Of a stretch of 64,000 bases of DNA, positions 27,386 through 43,300 are shown piece by piece. Source of the DNA: Eledone cirrhosa (taxonomy: Eukaryota); NCBI GenBank assembly GCA_964016885.1, contig OZ024749.1, positions 31,248,001 to 31,312,000 on the forward strand, read 5' to 3'. A program made the translations under genes and the position numbers. Position 1 is the first letter of the stretch; the number at the start of each line of letters is the position of its first letter. The notes below the pieces were generated by a model, which saw only the letters and a program-made list of their open reading frames with translations, made no database searches and was not told the origin of the DNA.

Positions 27386-27981
27386 CCACTTCACTCGGTA
27401 AGTAAATGAGATATGGGATTTTTTCGAGCGTTTAAAAGGAAGTAGCTTACGTGACTTCCTACAAGCTTGTATCTCGTGAAAGATATATGGGTAGTGTTAC
27501 TGAAAGATGCTTCAGTGATATCAGGAGTCGTAACCTGAAATGAAGTATCCTGTTCCAAAACGCAACGCTCTGATGGGTTCAGGAATTGAAACAGCAACTT
27601 CAAAATTATGAATTCAGGAACTTAACCACAAAGACACCTGCCTTCACACAAATTTCATTTAAGTGGGATATTGAATCAGAGCACAAAGGAGTTGGATTAA
27701 ATAACACAAGACGTTTCGTCCGACGCTCTAAACAATTAAATGTTGAAAATTCTCACAAGACTGTGAATAGCATGACAATTGATAAAGCATTATAACTATT
27801 ACCATGTTCCCTAGACGCCGAATCAAAGATCAAACAACGCAAACAGCTTGGTACATCATCGTAGTATTCCCTTATATACACACAATCACACACACACATA
27901 TATATATATATATATAATATATATATATAATACATATATATATATATATAATACATATATATATATACATATATATATATT

Positions 27982-28203
<222 letters not shown>

Positions 28204-29095
28204 CATATATATATACACACACATATATATAAGTATGTATGAATAATTGTAGAATTTATCTAATAATAGACGATTAACTTCAGTTTTGGCACCTGCGACT
28301 TTCTCGTGTTTCAAAAATAATTTATTTCATTATTTGGAAAAACTTGAACTGATCGACACTTAGACATATATTAACATAACTACGCCTCTATTGCTCATAT
28401 AATAGTGGTGTATATAGATATATATAAATGTATATAAAACATTTATTTACAATAAACCTGTCGGTAGCGTCGATGCCGAAAAAAGATATTTTTTCGTAAG
28501 GTAACCAAATGATGAAAAAAATAATTTTCTTTATTTTCTCTATGAATTTATCCTAAAGTTGCCAAAGGGTGTCAGAGAGTACTGTTTTAAGATTTATTAT
28601 CTTTCATTATTGATATTCACTCAGAACATGCTGGTATAGAATAGACTATAGAATATATAGTCTATTCCATGCCAGAACATGCTGCCATGGAATAGAATAT
28701 ATAGAGAAAAACTCTATATAGACTACAGAATAGTCTATGTATAGTTTTGTGTGATGATCGAATACTGGAGATGCTCGTTTGCGTTTGGTAATTAGAGAAC
28801 ATGGATGTGGTCATTTGTATATAGTGCAAGCATAGCTGGTTATATTTAATTGGTGGTAGCACTAAGACAGCGTTTCAGTATAATACGTGTGTATATGAAG
28901 ATATATATATAAACGTATATAATACGTATATAAAATAAAAAGGGTTGAGAAACGTTTAAAAATGTGTGAACTACTGCCTGAAAAGAAAATAATCGAAGAA
29001 AATGACTTTAACAACAGCAGCAACCATAATAACAAAAATAACTCCAACAATTCTAATTCTGCGTTTTATTTTTTCATCGTCATCATCATCATCAT

Positions 29096-29286
29096 AATTG
29101 ATTCTACTTTTGGCACAAGGCCAGCAGTTACCCCAGTGTATTACTGGGGCTTTATTTTATCGACACCGTAAGGATGAAAGGCAAAGTTAACCTTGGTGGG
29201 ATTTGAACTCAGACCATAAAGAGCTGTAACTCGGTGATGCAAAGCATGGCGTCCGACCCTCTACCGATTCTGGCAATCCACCACCC
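29096..29286 (-). mobile_element. tRNA-derived SINE, family 1
   Basis: Homologous to 5604-5793. Confidence 0.88.
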
Positions 29287-29289
29287 ATA

Positions 29290-30915
29290 ATGATAGTAAT
29301 AATAATAAACAACATTATCATCATCATCCTCCTTACCATCAACATTATCACAATCATCTCCATCATCATCAACATTTCCATCATCATTATCGCCATCATA
29401 ATCCCACACTCCGTCATCATCATCGTCGTCATCATCATCGTCATCATCATCATCATCATCATCACCTCCCCATCATCATCATCATTCCCATCATCATCGT
29501 CATCATTATCAATATCATCCTCATCATCATAGAAATAACAGCAATGATGACAACAGTGGTGACAACAACAACAATAAAAACAACAATAATTTCTATAAAA
29601 CCAACACTAATAACACAACATGGTGACTAATTAAATACATTACAGAGATTAAAACATGAAGACAAGTGCAACAAAAAAACAAAACAATAACAATAAAACA
29701 CAACAATATCAACAGCAGCAGCAAAAACAACAACAACATAAACATCAACAACAACAAGAACAACATCAACAGTAACAACAACGTTAACTGCAACAAGAAG
29801 AATATTATGTAGGAGAACAACTGTAGCTACATCAACAACAACACGCCAGCAATGACACTGACAACTGTAGCATCTATAATAGCAACAATAGCAGAAACAA
29901 CCACAATAAAAGCAACAATAACAACAACAATAACAACAACAATAACAGCAACAATAATAGCAACAATAACAACAACAATAACAACAGTAATAACAACAAT
30001 AATAACAGCAACAATAACAACAACAATAACAACAACAATAACAGCAATAATAACAACAGCAATAACAACAACAATAACAGCAACAATAATAGCAACAATA
30101 ACAACAGCAATAACAACAACAATAACAGCAACAATAACAACAGCAATAACAACAACAATAACAGTAACAATAATAGCAACAATAACAGCAACAATAACAG
30201 CAACAATAATAGCAACAATAACAACAACAATAACAGCAACAATAATAGCAACAATAACAACAACAATAACAACAACAATGACAGCAACAATAACAACAGC
30301 AATAACAACAACAATAACAGCAACAATAATAGCAACAATAACAACAACAATAACAACAGCAATAACAACAACAATAACAGCAACAATAACAACAGTAATA
30401 ACAACAGCAATAACATCAGCAATAACAACAACAATAGCAGCAATAATAACTACAACAATAATAATAGCAGCAATAACAACATCAATAACAACAACAACAA
30501 CAGCAATAAGAACAATAACAACAACAGCAATAACAATAATAACAACAGCCGCAATAAAAACAACAATAACAGCAGCAATAACAACAACAATAACAGCCGC
30601 AATAACAACAACAATAACAACAGCAATAACAACAACAATAACAACAGCAATAACAACAATAACAACAGCAGCAATAACAACAATAACAACAGCGGCAATA
30701 ACAACAATAACAAAAACTGCAATAACAACAACAATAACAGCAGCAATAACAACAACAATAACAACAACAATAACAACAGCAATAACAACAACAATAACAA
30801 CAGCAATAACAACAACAATAACAACAGCAATAACAACAATAACAACAGCAACAATAACAACAATAACAACAGCCGCAATAACAACAACAATAACAGCAGC
30901 AATAGCAACAACAAT

Positions 30916-30947
<32 letters not shown>

Positions 30948-30960
30948 CTGCAACAGCAAC
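29290..30960. repeat. (CAT)n then (AAC/AAT/AGC)n trinucleotide-derived tract with ~12-bp ATAACAACARCA periodicity
   Basis: Directly visible. Confidence 0.93.
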
Positions 30961-31465
30961 ATGCACGAATCCTATATTAAAATTAAGACATCTGATAATG
31001 TGTGAGCGATGATGAATCGTTACACACATACTGAAATACAGATATAGACACATGCACATATAAACACAGAAACACACACATATACACTCAGATTTATTCG
31101 AACACACTGATAGACAGGCACACACACACACACATACTCACACAAACTCACAAACACAGACACAGACACTCGTACGAACAAAAATACGTACGAACACAAA
31201 CATCAGTAATACCGTCAGTAGGTTACGAAACTGTGTGCGGCAAATTTACGGCTGAAATCTAGGGTTTTGTAATTATTGTCAACATTACAATATCACACGT
31301 GGCACACTCGGCTCCCTTTCTCTTCTTTTGATAAGCCATGTAGAGCAGTGGGTGGCAGCTTCATTTTTTTTTTGGGGGGGGGGGTCTTTAAGGGTTTTCA
31401 TCTTTTTTATAAGCTCTTTTATTTAAAGCGATTTAATGGCATATTCACGCTGAAACAAACCTCTG

Positions 31466-31518
<53 letters not shown>

Positions 31519-32191
31519 ATATGTATATATGTATATATGTATATATGTATATATATATATATATATGTATATATGGGGGGTGTGTTTGGGTGTATGTGCG
31601 TTTGTGGACGGTATATATATATATGCGCGCGCGCCCGTGTGTGTCTGTATATTTATATATACCTTCTAAAGACACACACGGACACCCCAACAGACACACA
31701 GACACAAACATACACACACACACACTGACTCAAGCACACACGGATACACTATATCCCCATATACAAAAATATAATTATGTACACATCAAATCTACATAAA
31801 TTCCGTCTTGACTTATTAATCCGTTAACGAAGTCTACAAAACAACGTTGTTTTGGAATAGAGAATATCGTAATATTTTTTTATAGTTAACATTTATGTAT
31901 GAAATATTTTTATATCCTCTCCTCTCCATATCATATATGGTTAATTCCGTTTTTCTTTTCATATTCTTGAATTTTAAATATAATTCATTAGTTTGTTATT
32001 GCTATTTTGCTTCAAACTATATTTATTTACGAAACAAAATATTACGAAAAACAAATTATATACGCTTCATTGATAGAGGAAAATAGCAAACATGAGATTA
32101 TTAAAAAATTCCCAATGATTAAGAATAAAACTGTATGAAGATATATATCTCATTATATACATATATTTTTTATATACATATATCACATGAT

Positions 32192-32259
<68 letters not shown>

Positions 32260-32400
32260 ATGCATATATATGTGTGTGTGTGCGTTGTATGTGTATGTAT
32301 GTGTGTGTGGAAGGTATGTATGTATATATGTATATATATATATATACACACACATGCACACAGCGATAACAAATACCTTCTACAAACTAAAACCTATTTC

Positions 32401-32454
<54 letters not shown>

Positions 32455-32463
32455 CATATTATA

Positions 32464-32572
<109 letters not shown>

Positions 32573-32843
32573 AACATGTTTCCCTACACTAATATTTCAA
32601 ATATTTCAAGGAACGATTAAATTTATTGGAATTATGGAATTTGTAAAGAAATGTCCAACATATTCCGGATACAACTCTGTAAAAATTTACATTTAATTTC
32701 GACAAAATTTTAATTCTTTCCTAAAAAGAATCTTTTGTAGAGATATCGGCTGATGAAACTGCGAGGGGGTTCAGCGAATTAGAATGGATATTTTTATTAA
32801 CCTGACACAAATGAGTGATTGAACCCCTTAAACTATACACACA

Positions 32844-32912
<69 letters not shown>

Positions 32913-32940
32913 ACCATCTCTCTCTCTCTCTCTCTCTACC

Positions 32941-33016
<76 letters not shown>

Positions 33017-33101
33017 GAGAGAGAAACATACGTACAGATATATATATATATATAAATAGAGAGAGAGAGAGAGTAAGAGAGAGATACAAACATACGCACA
33101 A

Positions 33102-33155
<54 letters not shown>

Positions 33156-33744
33156 ATACATATAGGTGTGTGTGTGTACATATATATACACACAATGTAA
33201 AATATGCCATATTAGCATAAATTGTGTTGAGTGATCAACTGTCAGTGGTAATATTTATTTGTCACTAACAGAACATTGTTAGTTAGTCCCTTTGTAATCA
33301 ATATAATCGACTTTGTATAGAAATTGTTTTATTACAGTATTGATTTCTACACAGAAGCCACATGAGCGGCCATTTTCTTATACACAAATATAAACAAGGA
33401 CGCGGCAGAGACCCCGGATGTGAATGTATGCGTGATTGTATACGTGAGATATTGCGTGAATATATATATATATGGGTGGTGTGTTTGGACAGCAATATGA
33501 ACAAATCTTTAAAAAATGTACACCGCGACCATTAGGTCCCACGTTCGATCCCACTGCATGGCCTTTTTTTAGTAGGTGCTGTTCCCTAGCTTGTGAGAGA
33601 GCCCTTGTAAAAGAAAAAAGTATTTGAAAACCTATTAGATGGACTGCATTTGCAATGCCTGTTGTCCTCCTAATATTAACACCACTTCATGGTCTAATGA
33701 TATCTCAATATTAGTCAATTTTGGGGCGTACACCCTGTATCGTA

Positions 33745-33965
33745 GAGGCACGTGGCCTAGTTGTAAGGGTGTTGTACTTACGATCAGTTCCTGTTGCTCC
33801 AGTATACTCTGCTGAAAATGAGTACCAGCAATAACTGGGTGTTTATCCCTGCGATGGACTGGCGCCCTGTCCAGAGGGTAGTATTCTACTCTCATCTCAG
33901 TCGCTTCACGCCATGAAACCGGGATAAGCACCGGCTAAATGAACCTCCTGGCTGAAGACAAACTT
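33745..33965 (+). mobile_element. SINE, family 2 relative with an internal deletion
   Basis: tRNA-like head gaggcacgtggcctagttg, then tgttgctccagt..gctgaaaatgagtacc..cctgcgatggactggcgccctgtcc. Confidence 0.65.
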
Positions 33966-34082
33966 TAGACTTTAGACATCCTCTATATCGGCCATCTTTG
34001 TCCCAAACAATGTGTCACGATGTATCTATTTGAAAATTATATTGAGGTTATACACATGCCTGAGAAATGTTTAGACACTTAC

Positions 34083-34225
34083 ACGTTACTTTCCTTAGCA
34101 AGCTGTTCCGTTGATTGTATAGCTGGCGAATTTCATGAAAGTTACCTCCTGGGTCTGTAGATTGCTCAGCCACTTTCACTTCAATTTCCTGCAGCACACA
34201 CTCGTCGGCGGAAACGAGGCAGATC
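34083..34225 (-). CDS. Probable internal coding exon of an unidentified host gene
   Basis: Acceptor tttttactattgtag|G and donor T|gtaagt. 143 nt with a single open frame ICLVSADECVLQEIEVKVAEQSTDPGGNFHEIRQLYNQRNSLLRKVT. Product not recognised. Confidence 0.5.
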
Positions 34226-34373
34226 CTACAATAGTAAAAATAATACAAGAGAGTGTCATTGGACGTCTTTTATGGATATATGTGTCGATATATGGTTGTC
34301 TATGTGTGTTTGTATAGATATATGTCTAACTATATCCATATCAAAGTGTATTTGTATGGATATATATATATAT

Positions 34374-37300
34374 ATAGATATGTCCTATGTAGATATGTCC
34401 TGTGTAGATATGTCCTGTGTAGATATGTCCTATGTAGATATGTCCTCTGTAGATATGTCCTGTGTAGATATGTCCTGTGTAGATATGTCCTGTGTAGATA
34501 TGTCCTGTGTAGATATGTCCTCTGTAGATATGTCCTGTGTAGATATGGCCTCTGTAGATATGTCCTGTGTAGATATGTCCTGTGTAGATATGTCCTATGT
34601 AGATATGTCCTCTGTAGATATGTCCTGTGTAGATATGTCCTGTGTAGATATGTCCTCTGTAGATATGTCCTGTGTAGATATGTCCTCTGTAGATATGTCC
34701 TCTGTAGATATGTCCTCTGTAGATATGTCCTCTGTAGATATGTCCTCTGTAGATATGTCCTCTGTAGATATGTCCTCTGTAGATATGTCCTGTGTAGATA
34801 TGTCCTGTGTAGATATGTCCTGTGTAGATATGTCCTCTGTAGATATGTCCTGTGTAGATATGGCCTCTGTAGATATGTCCTGTGTAGATATGTCCTGTGT
34901 AGATATGTCCTGTGTAGATATGTCCTGTGTAGATATGTCCTGTGTAGATATGTCCTCTGTAGATATGTCCTGTGTAGATATGTCCTCTGTAGATATGTCC
35001 TCTGTAGATATGTCCTGTGTAGATATGTCCTCTGTAGATATGTCCTGTGTAGATATGTCCTGTGTAGATATGTCCTGTGTAGATATGTCCTGTGTAGATA
35101 TGTCCTCTGTAGATATGTCCTGTGTAGATATGTCCTGTGTAGATATGTCCTGTGTAGATATGTCCTGTGTAGATATGTCCTGTGTAGATATGGCCTCTGT
35201 AGAAATGTCCTCTGTAGATATGTCCTGTGTAGATATGTCCTGTGTAGATATGTCCTCTGTAGATATGTCCTCTGTAGATATGTCCTGTGTAGATATGTCC
35301 TGTGTAGATATGTCCTGTGTAGATATGTCCTCTGTAGATATGTCCTGTGTAGATATGGCCTGTGTAGATATGTGCTCTGTAGATATGTTCTGTGTAGATA
35401 TGTCCTGTGTAGATATGTCCTGTGTAGATATGTCCTGTGTAGATATGGCCTCTGTAGAAATGTCCTCTGTAGAGATGTCCTGTGTAGATATGTCCTCTGT
35501 AGATATGTCCTCTGTAGATATGTCCTGTGTAGATATGTCGTCTGTAGATATGTCCTGTGTAGATATGTCCTGTGTAGATATGTCCTGTGTAGATATGTCC
35601 TCTGTAGATATGTCCTGTGTAGATATGTCCTCTGTAGATATGTCCTGTGTAGATATCTCCTCTGTAGATATGTCCTGTGTAGAAATGTCGTCTGTAGATA
35701 TGTCCTGTGTAGATATGTCCTCTGTAGATATGTCCTGTGTAGATATGTCCTCTGTAGATATGTCCTGTGTAGATATGTCCTGTGTAGATATGTCCTCTGT
35801 AGATATGTCCTGTGTAGATATGTCCTCTGTAGATATGTCCTGTGTAGATATCTCCTCTGTAGATATGTCCTGTGTAGAAATGTCCTCTGTAGATATGTCC
35901 TGTGTAGATATGTCCTCTGTAGATATGTCCTGTGTAGATATGTCCTCTGTAGATATGTCCTGTGTAGATATGACCTGTGTAGATATGTCCTCTGTAGATA
36001 TGTCCTGTGTAGATATGTCCTGTGTAGATATGTCCTGTGTAGATATGTCCTGTGTAGATATGTCCTGTGTAGATATGTCCTCTGTAGATATGTCCTCTGT
36101 AGATATGTCCTGTGTAGATATGTCCTGTGTAGATATGTCCTCTGTAGATATGTCCTGTGTAGATATGTCCTGTGTAGATATGTCCTGTGTAGATATGTCA
36201 GGTGTAGATATGTCCTGTGTAGATATGTCCTGTGTAGATATGTCCTGTGTAGTTATGTCCTGTGTAGATATGTCCTGTGTAGATATGTCCTGTGTAGAAA
36301 TGTCCTCTGTAGATATGTCCTCTGTAGATATGTCCTGTGTAGATATGTCCTATGTAGATATGTCCTCTGTAGATATGTCGTCTGTAGATATGTCCTGTGT
36401 AGATATGTCCTGTGTAGATATGTCCTGTGTAGATATGTCCTGTGTAGATATGTCCTGTGTAGATATGTCCTCTATAGATATGTCCTGTGTAGATATGTCC
36501 TGTGTAGATATGTCCCCTGTAGATATGTCCCCTGTAGATATGTCCTGTGTAGATATGTCCTGTGTAGATATGTCCTGTGTAGATATTTCATATGTAGATA
36601 TGTCCTGTGTAGATATGTCCTGTGTAGATATGTCCTGTGTAGATATGTCCTGTGTAGATATGTCCCCTGTAGATATGTCCTCTGTAGATATGTCCTGTGT
36701 AGATATGTCCTGTGTAGATATGTCCTGTGTAGATATGTCCTCTGTAGATATGTCCTGTGTAGATATGGCCTGTGTAGATATGTGCTCTGTAGATATGTTC
36801 TGTGTAGATATGTCCTGTGTAGATATGTCCTGTGTAGATATGTCCTGTGTAGATATGGCCTCTGTAGAAATGTCCTCTGTAGATATGTCCTGTGTAGATA
36901 TGTCCTCTGTAGATATGTCCTCTGTAGATATGTCCTGTGTAGATATGTCCTGTGTAGATATGTCCTGTGTAGACATGTCCTCTGTAGATATGTCCTCTGT
37001 AGATATGTCCTGTGTAGATATGTCCTCTGTAGATATGTCCTGTGTAGATATGTCCTGTGTAGATATGTCCTCTGTAGATATGTCCTGTGTAGATATGTCC
37101 TGTGTAGATATGTTCTCTGTAGATATGTCCTGTGTAGATATGTCCTGTGTAGATATGTCCTGTGTAGATATGTCCTCTGTAGATATGTCCTGTGTAGATA
37201 TGTCCTGTGTAGATATGTCCTGTGTAGATATGTCCTCTGTAGATATGTCCTGTGTAGATATGTCCTCTGTAGATATGTCCTGTGTAGATATGTTCTCTGT

Positions 37301-40300
37301 AGATATGTCCTGTGTAGATATGTCCTGTGTAGATATGTCCTGTGTAGATATGTCCTGTGTAGATATGTCCTGTGTAGATATTTCATATGTAGATATGTCC
37401 CCTGTAGATATGTCCTGTGTAGATATGTCCTGTGCAGATATGTCCTGTGTAGATATGTCCTGTGTAGATATGTCCCCTGTAGATATGTCCTCTGTAGATA
37501 TGTCCTGTGTAGATATGTCCTGTGTAGATATGTCCTGTGTAGATATGTCCTCTGTAGATATGTTCTCTGTAGATATGTCCTGTGTAGATATGTCCTCTGT
37601 AGATATGTCCTCTGTAGATATGTCCTGTGTAGATATGTCCTCTGTAGATATGTCCTGTGTAGATATGTCCTGTGTAGATATGTCCTCTGTAGATATGTCC
37701 TGTGTAGATATGGCCTGTGTAGATATGTGCTCTGTAGATATGTTCTGTGTAGATATGTCCTGTGTAGATATGTCCTGTGTAGATATGTCCTCTGTAGATA
37801 TGTCCTGTGTAGATATGTCCTGTGTAGATATGTTCTCTGTAGATATGTCCTGTGTAGATATGTCCTGTGTAGATATGTCCTCTGTAGATATGTCCTGTGT
37901 AGATATGTCCTGTGTAGATATGTCCTGTGTAGATATGTCCTGTGTAGATATGTCCTCTGTAGATATGTCCTCTGTAGATATGTCCTGTGTAGATATGTCC
38001 TGTGTAGATATGTCCTCTGTAGATATGTCCCCTGTAGATATGTCGTCTGTAGATATGTCCTGTGTAGATATGTCCTGTGTAGATATGTCCTGTGTAGATA
38101 TGTCCTGTGTAGATATGTCCTCTGTAGATATGTCCTCTGTAGATATGTCCTCTGTAGATATGTCCTGTGTAGATATGTTCTCTGTAGATATGTCCTGTGT
38201 AGATATGTCCTGTGTAGATATGTCCTGTGTAGATATGTCCTGTGTAGATATGTCCTGTGTAGATATTTCATATGTAGATATGTCCCCTGTAGATATGTCC
38301 TGTGTAGATATGTCCTGTGTAGATATGTCCTGTGTAGATATGTCCTGTGTAGATATGTCCCCTGTAGATATGTCCTCTGTAGATATGTCCTGTGTAGATA
38401 TGTCCTCTGTAGATATGTCCTGTGTAGATATGTCCTGTGTAGATATGTCCTGTGTAGATATGTCCTGTGTAGATATGTCCTGTGTAGATATGTCCTCTGT
38501 AGATATGTCCTCTGTAGATATGTCCTGTGTAGATATGTTGTCTGTAGATATGTCCTGTGTAGATATGTCCTGTGTAGATATGTCCTGTGTAGATATGTCC
38601 TCTGTAGATATGTCCTCTGTAGATATGTCCTGTGTAGATATGTCGTCTGTAGATATGTCCTCTGTAGATATGTCCTGTGTAGATATGTCCTGTGTAGATA
38701 TGTCCTCTGTAGATATGTCCTGTGTAGATATGTCCTGTGTAGATATGTCCTGTGTAGATATGTCCTGTGTAGATATGTCCTCTGTAGATATGTCCTCTGT
38801 AGATATGTCCTGTGTAGATATGTCCTGTGTAGATATGTCCTCTGTAGATATGTCCCCTGTAGATATGTCGTCTGTAGATATGTCCTGTGTAGATATGTCC
38901 TGTGTAGATATGTCCTGTGTAGATATGTCCTGTGTAGATATGTCCTCTGTAGATATGTCCTCTGTAGATATGTCCTCTGTAGATATGTCCTGTGTAGATA
39001 TGTCCTGTGTAGATATGTCCTGTGTAGATATGTCCTGTGTAGACATGTTCTGTGTAGATATGTCCTGTGTAGATATGTCCTGTGTAGATATGTCCTCTGT
39101 AGATATGTCCTGTGTAGATATGTCCTGTGTAGATATGTTCTCTGTAGATATGTTCTCTGTAGATATGTCCTGTGTAGATATGTCCTGTGTAGATATGTCC
39201 TGTGTAGATATGTCCTGTGTAGACATGTCCTGTGTAGATATTTCATATGTAGATATGTCCTGTGTAGATATGTCCTGTGTAGATATGTCCTGTGTAGATA
39301 TGTCCTGTGTAGATATGTCCTGTGTAGATATTTCATATGTAGATATGTCCCCTGTAGATATGTCCTGTGTAGATATGTCCTGTGTAGATATGTCCTGTGT
39401 AGATATGTCCCCTGTAGATATGTCCTCTGTAGATATGTCCTGTGTAGATATGTCCTGTGTAGATATGTCCTGTGTAGATATGTCCTCTGTAGATATGTTC
39501 TCTGTAGATATGTCCTGTGTAGATATGTCCTGTGTAGATATGTCCTCTATAGATATGTCCTGTGTAGATATGTCCTGTGTAGATATGTCCCCTGTAGATA
39601 TGTCCCCTGTAGATATGTCCTGTGTAGATATGTCCTGTGTAGATATGTCCTGTGTAGATATGTCCTGTGTAGACATGTTCTGTGTAGATATGTCCTGTGT
39701 AGATATGTCCTGTGTAGATATGTCCTCTGTAGATATGTCCTGTGTAGATATGTCCTGTGTAGATATGTTCTCTGTAGATATGTCCTGTGTAGATATGTCC
39801 TGTGTAGATATGTCCTGTGTAGATATGTCCTGTGTAGACATGTCCTGTGTAGATATTTCATATGTAGATATGTCCTGTGTAGATATGTCCTGTGTAGATA
39901 TGTCCTGTGTAGATATGTCCTGTGTAGACATGTCCTGTGTAGATATTTCATATGTAGATATGTCCCCTGTAGATATGTCCTGTGTAGATATGTCCTGTGT
40001 AGTTATGTCCTGTGTAGATATGTCCTGTGTAGATATGTCCTCTGTAGATATGTCCTGTGTAGATATGGCCTGTGTAGATATGTGCTCTGTAGATATGTTC
40101 TGTGTAGATATGTCCTGTGTAGATATGTCCTGTGTAGATATGTCCTCTGTAGATATGTCCTGTGTAGATATGTCCTGTGTAGATATGTTCTCTGTAGATA
40201 TGTCCTGTGTAGATATGTCCCCTGTAGATATGTCCTGTGTAGATATGTCCTGTGTAGATATGTCCTGTGTAGATATTTCATATGTAGATATGTCCCCTGT

Positions 40301-43300
40301 AGATATGTCCTGTGTAGATATGTCCTGTGTAGTTATGTCCTGTGTAGATATGTCCTGTGTAGATATGTCCTGTGAAGAAATGTCCTCTGTAGATATGTCC
40401 TCTGTAGATATGTCCTGTGTAGATATGTCCTATGTAGATATGTCCTCTGTAGATATGTCGTCTGTAGATATGTCCTGTGTAGATATGTCCTGTGTAGATA
40501 TGTCCTGTGTAGATATGTCCTGTGTAGATATGTCCTGTGTAGATATGTCCTCTATAGATATGTCCTGTGTAGATATGTCCTGTGTAGATATGTCCCCTGT
40601 AGATATGTCCCCTGTAGATATGTCCTGTGTAGATATGTCCTGTGTAGATATGTCCTGTGTAGATATTTCATATGTAGATATGTCCCCTGTAGATATGTCC
40701 TGTGTAGATATGTCCTGTGTAGATATGTCCTGTGTAGATATGTCCTGTGTAGACATGTCCTGTGTAGATATTTCATATGTAGATATGTCCTGTGTAGATA
40801 TGTCCTCTGTAGATATGTCCTGTGTAGATATGTGCTGTGTAGATATGTTCTCTGTAGATATGTCCTGTGTAGATATGTCCTGTGTAGTTATGTCCTGTGT
40901 AGATATGTCCTGTGTAGATATGTCCTCTGTAGATATGTCCTGTGTAGATATGGCCTGTGTAGATATGTGCTCTGTAGATATGTTCTGTGTAGATATGTCC
41001 TGTGTAGATATGTCCTGTGTAGATATGTCCTCTGTAGATATGTCCTGTGTAGATATGTCCTGTGTAGATATGTTCTCTGTAGATATGTCCTGTGTAGATA
41101 TGTCCCCTGTAGATATGTCCTGTCTAGATATGTCCTGTGTAGATATGTCCTGTGTAGATATTTCATATGTAGATATGTCCCCTGTAGATATGTCCTGTGT
41201 AGATATGTCCTGTGTAGTTATGTCCTGTGTAGATATGTCCTGTGTAGATATGTCCTGTGTAGAAATGTCCTCTGTAGATATGTCCTCTGTAGATATGTCC
41301 TGTGTAGATATGTCCTATGTAGATATGTCCTCTGTAGATATGTCGTCTGTAGATATGTCCTGTGTAGATATGTCCTGTGTAGATATGTCCTGTGTAGATA
41401 TGTCCTGTGTAGATATGTCCTGTGTAGATATGTCCTCTATAGATATGTCCTGTGTAGATATGTCCTGTGTAGATATGTCCCCTGTAGATATGTCCCCTGT
41501 AGATATGTCCTGTGTAGATATGTCCTGTGTAGATATGTCCTGTGTAGATATTTCATATGTAGATATGTCCCCTGTAGATATGTCCTGTGTAGATATGTCC
41601 TGTGTAGATATGTCCTGTGTAGATATGTCCTGTGTAGATATGTCCCCTGTAGATATGTCCTCTGTAGATATGTCCTGTGTAGATATGTCCTGTGTAGATA
41701 TGTCCTGTGTAGACATGTCCTCTGTAGATATGTCCTCTGTAGATATGTCCTGTGTAGATATGTCCTCTGTAGATATGTCCTGTGTAGATATGTCCTGTGT
41801 AGATATGTCCTCTGTAGATATGTCCTGTGTAGATATGTCCTGTGTAGATATGTTCTCTGTAGATATGTCCTGTGTAGATATGTCCTGTGTAGATATGTCC
41901 TGTGTAGATATGTCCTGTGTAGACATGTCCTCTGTAGATATGTCCTCTGTAGATATGTCCTGTGTAGATATGTCCTGTGTAGATATGTCCTGTGTAGACA
42001 TGTCCTCTGTAGATATGTCCTGTGTAGATATGTTCTCTGTAGATATGTCCTGTGTAGATATGTCCTGTGTAGATATGTCCTGTGTAGATATGTCCTGTGT
42101 AGATATGTCCTGTGTAGATATGTCCTGTGTAGATATGTCCTGTGTAGATATGTCCTGTGTAGATATGTCCTGTGTAGATATGTCCTATGTAGATATGTCC
42201 TATGTAGATATGTCCTCTGTAGATATGTCCTGTGTAGATATGTCCTCTGTAGATATGTCCTATGTAGATATGTCCTGTGTAGATATGTCCTGTGTAGATA
42301 TGTCCTGTGTAGATATGTCCTGTGTAGATATGTCCTCTGTAGATATGTCCTGTGTAGATATGTCCTCTGTAGATATGTCCTGTGTAGATATGTCCTCTGT
42401 AGATATGTCCTGTGTAGATATGTCCTGTGTAGATATGTCCTGTGTAGATATGTCCTGTGTAGATATGTCCTGTGTTGATATGTGCTGTGTAGATATGTCC
42501 TGTGTAGATATGTCCTGTGTAGATATGTCCTGTGTAGATATGTCCTCTGTAGATATGTCCTTTGTAGATATGGCCTCTGTAGATATGTCCTGTGTAGATA
42601 TGTCCTATGTAGATATGTCCTGTGTAGATATGTCCTGTGTAGATATGTCCTGTGTAGATATGTCCTGTGTAGATATGTCCTCTGTAGATATGTCCTGTGT
42701 AGATATGTCCACTGTAGATATGTCCTGTGTAGATATGTCCTGTGTAGATATGTCCTCTGTAGATATGTCCTCTGTAGATATGTCCTGTGTAGATATGTCC
42801 TCTGTAGATATGTCCTCTGTAGATATGTCCTCTGTAGATATGTCCTGTGTAGATATGTCCTGTGTAGAAATGTCCTGTGTAGATATGTCCTGTGTAGATA
42901 TGTCCTGTGTAGATATGTCCTATGTAGATATGTCCTCTGTAGATATGTCCTCTGTAGATATGTCCTGTGTAGATATGTCCTCTGTAGATATGTCCTATGT
43001 AGATATGTCCTGTGTAGATATGTCCTGTGTAGATATGTCCTCTGTAGATATGTCCTATGTAGATATGTCCTGTGTAGATATGTCCTGTGTAGATATGTCC
43101 TGTGTAGATATGTCCTGTGTAGATATGTCCCCTGTAGATATGTCCTGTGTAGATATGTCCTGTGTAGATATGTCCTGTGTAGATATGTCCTGTGTAGATA
43201 TGTCCCCTGTAGATATGTCCTGTGTAGATATGTCCTGTGTAGATATGTCCTGTGTAGATATGTCCTATGTAGATATGTCCTGTGTAGATATGTCCTGTGT

